Source of the DNA: Promethearchaeia archaeon
Lineage (GTDB): Archaea; Asgardarchaeota; Lokiarchaeia; Sigyniarchaeales; SOKP01
Direction: 5' to 3'
Assembly: GCA_029856145.1 (NCBI GenBank)
Contig: JAHQWK010000029.1
Coordinates: 15,130-79,129 of the forward strand
DNA: 64,000 bases
Under the pieces are notes generated by a model. The model was not told the DNA's origin. It did no database searches and saw only the letters and a program-made list of their open reading frames with translations. Both the position numbers and the translations under genes were made by a program. Numbering within the stretch: the first letter of the stretch is position 1; each line of letters begins with the position of its first letter. This document shows, one piece after another, positions 29,894 through 38,533 of the stretch.

Positions 29894-30400
29894 ATGAAGA
29901 TAAAAAATAGGCATTTCGTTCGAAAATCCGAATTAAATCCCATAAAAGACGAAATCTTAAAACAGTACGATCAAAAGTTTATCGATCAAATATTTCCTAA
30001 AAAAAGTAATGTTGAAGTTATTGAAACAGAAGCAGGAGATACTTTATTTGCAGTTAATAATGTATTAAAGCTATGGAGATCGAAAGATGGATATATTCCA
30101 GTCCTAACCTTATTAATAAACAACCAGGTAGATTTGAAAACTATTGTAGTGGACTTCGGAGCAGTCCGTTACGTTACTAATGGTGCTGATATAATGCGAC
30201 CAGGAATAACTAAGATAGATTCTTCCATTATAAAAGGAGATATCGTGAGAATCATAGAAGAAACAAAAAGTAGAGCTTTAGCCGTTGGCAAAGCCATGTT
30301 TGATGCTCCTGAGATGGAAGCAAAAAGTTCTGGAAAAGTTGTAAAGAATCTTCATACAATTCAAGATTCTGTGTGGGAATTTGAAAAGCAGTTTAAATAA
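29894..30400 (+). CDS. PUA-domain RNA-binding protein (DUF1947+PUA, MCTS1/Tma20-like)
   Basis: IVVDFGAVRYVTNGADIMRPGI, ALAVGKA, GKVVKNLHTIQD. Confidence 0.88.
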   Translation: MKIKNRHFVRKSELNPIKDEILKQYDQKFIDQIFPKKSNVEVIETEAGDTLFAVNNVLKLWRSKDGYIPVLTLLINNQVDLKTIVVDFGAVRYVTNGADIMRPGITKIDSSIIKGDIVRIIEETKSRALAVGKAMFDAPEMEAKSSGKVVKNLHTIQDSVWEFEKQFK

Positions 30401-30692
30401 ATTCTGCTTTCAAAATTGATCCAAGTAGAGTTTTTTCTGATTCTGCTAATTCATTAATGGGATGGCTTTCTATTTCATAAGAATCCAATAGTGCACCACA
30501 TTCTTTAAAGTTGTACAAGTTAATTATTATTTTTAGGCCTTCTTCTACAATTTTTTTATCATCAAGCTCACTTGAAGCGTACATTAACTTTATTATTGAA
30601 TGAGATTTCCATAAATCATTCCCATAAAGTCTATTGCTTACACATAGAAAATCATCAAAAATTTCCCCAAAAAACTCTACTTCTGAGATCAA
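30393..30692 (-). CDS. Hypothetical protein
   Basis: 99 aa, GAGGTGG SD-like motif upstream of TTG, convergent 8-bp overlap with the PUA gene. Confidence 0.55.
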   Translation of the reverse strand: MISEVEFFGEIFDDFLCVSNRLYGNDLWKSHSIIKLMYASSELDDKKIVEEGLKIIINLYNFKECGALLDSYEIESHPINELAESEKTLLGSILKAEFI

Positions 30693-31138
30693 TTTAGCCT
30701 ATACCACCTCAACCCTTACGTGCTGAAAAATACACATTTCTCCCTTGCAATTGCAATTACAAGTATGTATTTATCCATTAATATATCCAATCCTTTCAGA
30801 GGTTTTTCGTTATGATAATACTAACATTTTAGATTTACCTATATATGTACGAAATAAATCACTTTTTCATATATTTATTTTCGAAATCATTAATTTTTAC
30901 ATTTTTTCTTTTCAATTTTGTTTATTTTGTTTAACTTTTTTGTATGTTAGTTTTCACATCTGAAATTATAAGAATGATTTAATAAATAAACAATTAAAAC
31001 TCTAATAATATCCACATATCTATGTTAGAGAAAAAAATTGGATTTTGATTGTCTAAATATGTTTCTTCTTTTTCAATTTATAGTAATTAAAAATAACAAT
31101 TATTATAATCGTACATGGAAGATAAAATATTTTTTTTA

Positions 31139-32068
31139 TTATTCAATCTCGTAAGATATCGCTGTTAGTGATTCTACTTCATAAAAACCAAATTTTTTAT
31201 AGAGATTTAGTGCTTTTTCATTATTAGCTTCAACACCTAATTCGATTATTTTACATCCCTTATCGATTAATGATTGAATTCCTAATCCTAAAAGATAACT
31301 CCCAATACCCTTATGATGATAACTATGAAGAACACCTAATGTATAAATGATTCCTACATGCTTTAACTCAGGATTGATATTAAGAAAGCAAATTCCTACA
31401 GGATTATTGAATTCTAGTGCAAACCAATATTCAACATCATATCCTTTCCAACCCGCATTGTGTATTGATTTGAATTCTTCTTCTCTAAAAGGTATGAAAT
31501 CAAAATGTTCACTAAATGCATCATTAAGAATTTTTACATAATTAGTAAAATCCGTTAATTTCTGATATTTTTGAAAATCAAATCCCGGTGTAACATTAAT
31601 TTTAGGAATTGAGTTAAAATTATCCATCCGCATCCAATAATCAAAGTGTATTGGCTCTAATCCCATTTCATTAAATTTGATTTGTAGTGGCGATTCTTTT
31701 AGAATATATTTACTTATAGCAAATCGGATTTTAGGAACATATTGTTTATTTGCAAGCTCTAAAATCGATTTAAATAATTGTACATAAAATTTCGACTTAA
31801 AATATAGTGGTAATACCTTAAACTCCAACCACCAAGAGTCCCGTTTAGTGGATTTAAAAAGTAATGCAAAACCTATTATATCTCCTTTATTATCTTCTGC
31901 AATCAAGCAATCTCGAGATAAAACAGTTTGGTCTCCCTGCACTGCGAGAGCGCTATCGAGTTCTTCTTCACTTATTGTCCAAACAGGATTTATATCCTTT
32001 ACTATTCTATCCCATACTTCAATTAATCTCGTTTTATCGGTATTTACATTGAATGACCTGATTTTCAT
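31139..32068 (-). CDS. Tandem-domain GNAT acetyltransferase (MshD-like architecture), paralog A
   Basis: LGVLHSYHHKGIGSYLL, LGVEANNEKALNLYKKFGF; AGGAGGTGA SD. Confidence 0.88.
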   Translation of the reverse strand: MKIRSFNVNTDKTRLIEVWDRIVKDINPVWTISEEELDSALAVQGDQTVLSRDCLIAEDNKGDIIGFALLFKSTKRDSWWLEFKVLPLYFKSKFYVQLFKSILELANKQYVPKIRFAISKYILKESPLQIKFNEMGLEPIHFDYWMRMDNFNSIPKINVTPGFDFQKYQKLTDFTNYVKILNDAFSEHFDFIPFREEEFKSIHNAGWKGYDVEYWFALEFNNPVGICFLNINPELKHVGIIYTLGVLHSYHHKGIGSYLLGLGIQSLIDKGCKIIELGVEANNEKALNLYKKFGFYEVESLTAISYEIE

Positions 32069-32086
32069 GTAATTTCACCTCCTATC

Positions 32087-32114
32087 ATTATTGAATAGGG
32101 TTTTATTCAATAAT
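32087..32114. promoter_or_regulatory. Inverted repeat with 11-bp perfect arms upstream of GNAT paralog A
   Basis: ATTATTGAATA-GGGTTT-TATTCAATAAT, immediately 5' of the SD of the minus-strand gene. Confidence 0.5.
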
Positions 32115-32263
32115 CTAAATAAAGTAAGTTATAATGCTTAATAATCGTGCTCTACATTTGAATTATTATTTTTCAATGATTGGTAATTTATTTTTTCTTT
32201 AATAAATTCGAAATATTTTAAATTAGAATTTTAAAAGAAAAAAATCAGATTTTATTGTGTTAT

Positions 32264-32998
32264 TTATCTATTTTTTTTTTTTAATTTATAGTGATTATAG
32301 GCAACAATTATTATGATCGTACATGGAATAAAGATTAAATAGTAATTTCCAAAAGGGATTTGATTTGTTTGTGGAATATTACCATATTTTATGTGATATC
32401 CAATTGAACCTTCTGAACTTACTTTATATTCAGTTAAAGTACCATTATCGTTAAAATTGAATGTGAAATCAATATTGGAGGTAATATTTTGCATAGTTAA
32501 AGTATTTCCATTGATATAATAATCATAAAACACCAATAAAGAAGTTTGGTTCAAATAATCTCCAATCCAGGTCAGATTTAATGGAGTTGGTATAAAAAAT
32601 AACATTCCAAAAAGTACAATATGCCAATCAGTATAAAAGCCTGTGAATAAATCCCGTGTGGTATCATTGAAAAACATCGCACTTCCATTGAACACTACAT
32701 CCCATTGAGGATTTATGTCATACGTACTATAAACCTCTATCGAATAATTAAGTATTGTTCCAGTGTAACTGGAAGCGTCCTCAGTCCATGTTCCATTATA
32801 AATCTCTTCGATAATTACTCTAAATTTTGAGCCTTGACTTAATCCTATAGCAAGATTACCGACCAAAACGGTCCATATGTGTTCTTCTCCTTCTTCAACG
32901 CCATAACTATAATTCATACCTAATGTATTGGTTGTGGATGAAATTGAAATAAAAATAATACTCAAAATAACTACTAATGTTTTTTTAACAGATTTCAA
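32264..32998 (-). CDS. Secreted/surface protein with C-terminal IPFG-TM-basic anchor
   Basis: Signal peptide, many N-x-S/T sequons, C-terminus QIPFGNYYLIFIPCTIIIIVAY...KKKNR. Confidence 0.72.
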   Translation of the reverse strand: MKSVKKTLVVILSIIFISISSTTNTLGMNYSYGVEEGEEHIWTVLVGNLAIGLSQGSKFRVIIEEIYNGTWTEDASSYTGTILNYSIEVYSTYDINPQWDVVFNGSAMFFNDTTRDLFTGFYTDWHIVLFGMLFFIPTPLNLTWIGDYLNQTSLLVFYDYYINGNTLTMQNITSNIDFTFNFNDNGTLTEYKVSSEGSIGYHIKYGNIPQTNQIPFGNYYLIFIPCTIIIIVAYNHYKLKKKNR

Positions 32999-33136
32999 AT
33001 TGTTTTCCTAGTTGCTAATTAATTTAGGATTTAAAGTAAATTTTAAGTTAGTAAAGGTTTTTCGCTTTTTAAATATACCTAAGGTTTCCATTTTAGGAGG
33101 TTTAAAAACACCTGGAATTTATGAGAGTAGTATTAC

Positions 33137-34066
33137 TTATTTAATCGTATATGTAATGAAAGTGCGTGATTCCACTCGATTAAAACCATACTTTCTATAG
33201 AGAGCTAATGCTTTTTCGTTTTTTGCTTCTACTCCTAATTCAATTGTAGAACATCCCTTTTCAATCAAAGATTGGATCCCGTGTCCCAACAAGGAACTGC
33301 CAATTCCACGTTGATGATATGCATGTAGCACTCCCAAAGTGGTAATTGTTCCAATATGCTTTAACTCTGGATTAATTGTCGAAGAACAAATCCCCACTAA
33401 TTTGTCATCATCAAAAGCAAACCAGTGCTCTAGATCATAATCTTTCCAAATACCTTCTAAAACTGTCTTGAATTCTTCTTCAGTAAGGGGTCTATAATCA
33501 AAATGCTTACTAAATGCATCATTACGAACTGTAATATAACTGTTTAAATCATTTACCACTTCTTGTTTTTGTAAAGTTATATTGATTGGAGTTAATAATT
33601 GTGGTTGTGAGCTTACGTCATCTAAACGCATCCAAAAACCATAATTTACTGGTTCAAGTCCCATTTTTTTTATCTTATTGTGCAGTGGTGTGTCTATAAA
33701 TGTGTATTTAGTTGTCACATAGCGGAGTTCTGGAGCATTTTGTTCTTTTGCTAAAATTAGGGTCGAATTAAATAATTCTACCATTAGTTCCGATTTAAAG
33801 AATTCAGGCAACATATTAAGTTCAAGATACCAAAAATCGCGTTTGGAAGATTTAAAAAGCCCTGCATAACCAATTATGTCTCCTTTGTTAATTTCTGCTA
33901 CTAAATAATCACGTGAAAGAATAGTTTGATCACCATCTACTTTCATATCTGAATCAAAGACTTCCTCATTCACTATCCATATTGGATTGATATCCTTATA
34001 GACTTCATTTAATACCGCTATAATTCTCAATTTATCTGTCTCTTCATTGAACGGTCTGATTTTTAT
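33137..34066 (-). CDS. Tandem-domain GNAT acetyltransferase, paralog B (ATA start at 34066)
   Basis: Collinear with paralog A; the frame extends upstream of the track start as (I/M)KIRPFNEETDKLRI, matching MKIRSFNVNTDKTRL; AGGTGA SD. Confidence 0.88.
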   Translation of the reverse strand: MKIRPFNEETDKLRIIAVLNEVYKDINPIWIVNEEVFDSDMKVDGDQTILSRDYLVAEINKGDIIGYAGLFKSSKRDFWYLELNMLPEFFKSELMVELFNSTLILAKEQNAPELRYVTTKYTFIDTPLHNKIKKMGLEPVNYGFWMRLDDVSSQPQLLTPINITLQKQEVVNDLNSYITVRNDAFSKHFDYRPLTEEEFKTVLEGIWKDYDLEHWFAFDDDKLVGICSSTINPELKHIGTITTLGVLHAYHQRGIGSSLLGHGIQSLIEKGCSTIELGVEAKNEKALALYRKYGFNRVESRTFITYTIK

Positions 34067-34179
34067 GATATTTCACCTAAAATTAAAAGATAAAGTTACA
34101 TAAGTCACAAAATTATTAAGATTTAGCTCTTTCACGTTAGTTTGATATATTTTATATTTGAGGTTAAGTTAAAGATATT

Positions 34180-34971
34180 ATGAGCGATCAAGATTTCATT
34201 CTATATGAAGCGAAAGGGCGTATAGCAACAATAACTATCAATAGACCAGACAAAGCAAATTCGTGTAATATTTCGATGTTAAAAGCGATATATCAGAATC
34301 TAATCAGCGCAGATAAAGACGAGAAGGTTAAATGTATTATCATTAAAAGTACCGGGCAGAGGTTCTTTTCTGCTGGATACGATCTTAAAGACATACAAGG
34401 ATCTCCCGAAAAAGCGGCGGGAATCACAGAATGGGGCAGAAAAGTTAACGAGAAAATGATTCTTATGAAAAAAATAATTATTACTCAGGTTCAAGGTATT
34501 GCTATTGGGCTAGGTTTTATGATTATATTGGGCTCTGATTTGAAGGTGTTTGCCAATAGACCTAAAGATAAATTATACTTAAGATTGCCAGAACTTGAAA
34601 TTTCGGCATTTCCTCAAACTGGAGCAACTCTTTTACCGTTATTAGCGTTTGGATTGACTTATGCAAAGAATTTGCTATTTACAACAGATAAAATTGGTTT
34701 AGATGAGTTAAGGAATATTAACTTTCCAACTCGTATCTTTCCACTTGAGGAGCTTGAAACTGAAACTTTCAATTTTGCTAAGCAGATAGTAAAATATCAA
34801 AAGGAATTTAGTTTCTTCACAAAAACTATGCTAAGGATTATGAATAAAGCCTATATTAAATCATGCATGGATATGGAAGATGAATGTGGGAAAGCAGCTT
34901 ATGATACTAAGAAAATGAATATGGAAGAATTAGATGATTTCATAAAGGGATTAAGTGAGAAATATCCCTAA
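34180..34971 (+). CDS. Enoyl-CoA hydratase/isomerase family protein (divergent)
   Basis: TITINRPDKANS, FFSAGYDL, GIAIGLG, LPELEI. Confidence 0.85.
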   Translation: MSDQDFILYEAKGRIATITINRPDKANSCNISMLKAIYQNLISADKDEKVKCIIIKSTGQRFFSAGYDLKDIQGSPEKAAGITEWGRKVNEKMILMKKIIITQVQGIAIGLGFMIILGSDLKVFANRPKDKLYLRLPELEISAFPQTGATLLPLLAFGLTYAKNLLFTTDKIGLDELRNINFPTRIFPLEELETETFNFAKQIVKYQKEFSFFTKTMLRIMNKAYIKSCMDMEDECGKAAYDTKKMNMEELDDFIKGLSEKYP

Positions 34972-35003
34972 TTTTAAATGGTAATTTTAATAATTTTTTT
35001 AAT

Positions 35004-35858
35004 TTATTTTGTTTTGGTTATCCATTCGATTAATCTACTATCGAACAATTTTTGTTCTTCGAACATTGGCCAATGCCCACTTTTTCCGAAAAGAAAATAT
35101 GTTAAATCTGGAATCTCATCTATTAGATTCTCCCAAAGAATGTATGGTGCTGCGTAATCATATCGACCCATAACAAGAAACATAGGAATTGTAATATTTA
35201 AGATTTTTTGTGTGATATCCTTCCCTCTAATAATTTCAGAATAGAAATAATCAAAAAATTCCATATTAAGTTCGAGTCCTTCCCAGATCCAGGAACAATC
35301 ATAGGTTTGATCATACCAATAAAAAGGAGAATTGGCTATATATTGTTGAGCAAGAGCCTTTGTAGGAGAAACCATATTTAAGAATTCTTCTGTAAGGGGT
35401 TCATTATTCTTTTTCTGAATCATTTTTCTCTCTTCTGATGCATCAGATTCCCAGAATTCTGAACCTTTTTTTAAATTTGTCTCAGTCATATTTGGTGAAG
35501 CAGAACCAATCATAATAATATGAGATGTGTGTTCTGGATATTTATAAGCATATTCAAGAGCAACAATACCAAAAACAGAATGGCCTAATACAGCAATTTT
35601 TTCAAAACCTAAAAAAATACGTACTCCGTCAAGATCTTTTACTATTGAATCCATTGATATTTCATTTACATCTATAGGAACAGAAGGGACAAATATTTTG
35701 AAGTCCACGAAAATAAATTTAATATATTTCTTAATTTCTTTAGAGAAAACAGGGGGATAAAAATTTGAAAGCATTCCAATAACTAGACATGGAACTCCAT
35801 CCCCTTCAATGATATATTTGAGTTTAGTTTTATCAACGGTAATATGGCCAGAAGTCAT
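35004..35858 (-). CDS. Alpha/beta hydrolase
   Basis: VLGHSVFG nucleophile elbow, GRYD, SGHWPMFEE. Confidence 0.87.
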   Translation of the reverse strand: MTSGHITVDKTKLKYIIEGDGVPCLVIGMLSNFYPPVFSKEIKKYIKFIFVDFKIFVPSVPIDVNEISMDSIVKDLDGVRIFLGFEKIAVLGHSVFGIVALEYAYKYPEHTSHIIMIGSASPNMTETNLKKGSEFWESDASEERKMIQKKNNEPLTEEFLNMVSPTKALAQQYIANSPFYWYDQTYDCSWIWEGLELNMEFFDYFYSEIIRGKDITQKILNITIPMFLVMGRYDYAAPYILWENLIDEIPDLTYFLFGKSGHWPMFEEQKLFDSRLIEWITKTK

Positions 35859-36228
35859 ATAAAATCACTAAACTACCTTTAGATGATAATATATATAAAA
35901 TTTTGTTTTTTCACATCCTTATCGCTAAATTTTCCAATTGAAATTTTCTAGAAACAACCCCAAGTAAATTTTTTTTAGTAAATAGTTCTGGGTTTTTTAC
36001 TTAGTGATTTAAAAGGTCTATTGGTAACTATAATTCTTGTGTAGTATAGAATTAAACTCTTATAATATATGCGTGATATGTTCCTTGCATATTACACGAT
36101 ATAATATAATTGATTTGAATTATATATTACTAGGATTATATGTCGATGGTCATAATGAGCATATTAATAAACATATCTCGATGACTCATCATAATTAAAC
36201 AAAAAAGGTTGTGTGTGGTAGAGTGAGT

Positions 36229-36522
36229 ATGTATCGATCATATTTATTAAAAAATAATTTTTGGGCAAAAAAAGGAAATGAGAAATATTCTGAGGCGGAA
36301 AAAGTGTTTATTAAGCATGATACAGAAGTAGGGGGAATTTATGCAATTCTTCAAAACGATAGGAAGGGAGTCAAAATTATGGTTGAAGGAAAGGACTATT
36401 TTTTTAATAACTTTGATAAGCTTGATTCCTTTCTAACACGACTTCAGCAGCGAAAAGATGATTTCATGAAAATTCTCAGAAGAAAGGATATTTCACAGAA
36501 ATTAAGGATGTTAGATATTTAA
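36229..36522 (+). CDS. Hypothetical protein
   Basis: About 97 aa from ATG 36229 (track uses GTG 36211); no recognised motif. Confidence 0.55.
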   Translation: MYRSYLLKNNFWAKKGNEKYSEAEKVFIKHDTEVGGIYAILQNDRKGVKIMVEGKDYFFNNFDKLDSFLTRLQQRKDDFMKILRRKDISQKLRMLDI

Positions 36523-36637
36523 GTTTTCTAATATCAAATTTTTATACTTTTTAAAGAAATGGAAGTACCATAAATTTAATTTTGGTTGATTTTTAATTTA
36601 ATCTGGTTAGTAATTTATTTTTGTATAACAAATTTTT

Positions 36638-38248
36638 CTAATTTTTATAAATTGGCTGAAGTCCCGTTTGAAAATGTCTTAATCGCAATTCTGCACCTCG
36701 AGAGACCTTTACTTTAGGAATTTTATCTTTATTATTATAGATTTCTGTTATTGCTGCTACTGCGTAATCAATATGAGAAGCACTATACACATTTCGTGGC
36801 ATTGCAAAGCGTACTAAATTCAATACACCTTTCCTTTGTTCCGGTGTTTTCTTATCCCACTCAAATGCGAAAGGACCTAATTCAACAGCTCGTATACCAT
36901 AATGTTTTAGAAGTTCAATTGTAAATCCAACGCCTCCAAAATCATCGATCTTCATATCTGTTCCCTCAAAAAATTTGTTCATATTGAGGTATACAGCATG
37001 ACCACCTGCGGGAAGAATAACAGGAATACCATTTTGACCAAGTTTTCTTGCGAATTCCCTAACTTGATTTTTTCTTTCATTCAAATAAGTTTCTTTTACT
37101 ACTTCATAAAGGCCTGCAGCTAAAGCCATTATGTCTCTGCCACTCATTCCTCCATAAGAATCATTTCCAAATGTTAAAATCTGTTTTTCTTTTAATTTGA
37201 TTCCAATATCTTCATTGATAGAAAATTTTTTGTGAAATAAACCTTTATCTTTAAAGAAAAACCCGCCTCCCATATTAGCTAATCCGTCTTTTTTGAAACT
37301 TATTGTAAAGCCATCAACATAAGAAAACATTTCTTGTACAATAATGGGGATTGAGCGATCTTTATACCCATCTTCAAATTCTTTTATAAAGTTTGCATTC
37401 TCACTAAAGCGACAAGCATCAAAGAAAAGAGGTAAATTATACTTTTTGGCAATTTTATGAACTTCTTTTATATTATTCATTGATACTGGTTGACCTGCGG
37501 CAGTATTATTTGTAATTGTAACATAAATTAATGGTATCGCCTCCACACCCTTTTCTTGAATCAGATTTTCAAGTGCTCTTAGATCCATATTACCTTTAAA
37601 TGGATTTCTTTTGTCCATTTCGTCATAAGGAAAATCATCCATTAAATTACCTGAAAACAAATTCACTGCTTTGATACCATTGGCGACGATATTTGCCTCT
37701 GTTGTATCGAAATGTCCGTTATTTGGAATATAATATATTATATCTTTATTTTGTTTTAAGATAGGTGCGATAGTTGAGAAAAGTAAATGCTCAGCACATC
37801 GACCTTGTGGAACAATGAAAGCATTTGGTCGGGTTAATTGATGAATCCCTCCATTTACAAATCCTCCTTCATAGGTAGTAATGTAAAGTTCGTCCATAAG
37901 TTTTTTTACATTTGTTTCCCCAGAAAGAATTAAATTAATTGATCTTTTCGGATTATTACCTCGTTCGAAAGTGTCTCTTATCGCTTCTAAAAGGACATAA
38001 TATCCCTTATTGCGGGCATAGGACTCATCCCCATGAAATAGAGCAGCCCATTGAAAATCCGTCATTGTTCCAGATCCAGAATCTGACAAAAAATCTACAA
38101 ATATTAAATCTGCTGGAAAAGAGAACATACTATATTCAGTTTTCTTAAGTGCATATTCTCGTTGTTCTTTTGTAACTTTTTTTATTGTTCTAACTATTAG
38201 CGGCTTATTAGCTGGAACTGCTACACCTAATTCATCTTGCGATTTCAA
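36638..38248 (-). CDS. tnaA: Tryptophanase (tryptophan indole-lyase) with internal insertion
   Basis: DFLSDSG, GDESYA, QGR, HFDTT, TITNN..GQPVS, SFKKDG (PLP Lys), YGGMSGRD, GGHAV, LRHF; the Asp in FDTT and His in LRHF favour Trp over Tyr specificity. Confidence 0.85.
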   Translation of the reverse strand: MKSQDELGVAVPANKPLIVRTIKKVTKEQREYALKKTEYSMFSFPADLIFVDFLSDSGSGTMTDFQWAALFHGDESYARNKGYYVLLEAIRDTFERGNNPKRSINLILSGETNVKKLMDELYITTYEGGFVNGGIHQLTRPNAFIVPQGRCAEHLLFSTIAPILKQNKDIIYYIPNNGHFDTTEANIVANGIKAVNLFSGNLMDDFPYDEMDKRNPFKGNMDLRALENLIQEKGVEAIPLIYVTITNNTAAGQPVSMNNIKEVHKIAKKYNLPLFFDACRFSENANFIKEFEDGYKDRSIPIIVQEMFSYVDGFTISFKKDGLANMGGGFFFKDKGLFHKKFSINEDIGIKLKEKQILTFGNDSYGGMSGRDIMALAAGLYEVVKETYLNERKNQVREFARKLGQNGIPVILPAGGHAVYLNMNKFFEGTDMKIDDFGGVGFTIELLKHYGIRAVELGPFAFEWDKKTPEQRKGVLNLVRFAMPRNVYSASHIDYAVAAITEIYNNKDKIPKVKVSRGAELRLRHFQTGLQPIYKN

Positions 38249-38533
38249 TACCTTTAACCTATAATTTAAAATTAGTATTTTTATTTTGAGTTTTTCAGCT
38301 TAACTTGATTTATAATAATAAATCATTAAAAAATGATTTGTAAACTTTCACGATTACAGCTAATTAAAGATTATTATGGATATGATTCGCTTTTGTTATT
38401 ATAAGAATTTAATTTTTAAATAGTAGTATTTATATTATTAATATTGTTAATTTGCTAGTAAAGTTGTTAAAAAACTTCGCTTTTTATGGAGTAAAAGATA
38501 ATTAGAAGAATCTGGTGTAATCTTTGATGTTAA

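Noticed and set aside
30745-30963. 72-aa plus-strand ORF
   Set aside because: Low-complexity Phe/Ile/Tyr translation of T-rich intergenic DNA, with no SD or motif
36145-36190. Hairpin containing ATGA...AAA...GA, superficially like a lokiarchaeal/eukaryotic SECIS
   Set aside because: Helix II does not pair in the register the G-A quartet requires, and no neighbouring gene shows an in-frame TGA at a Cys position
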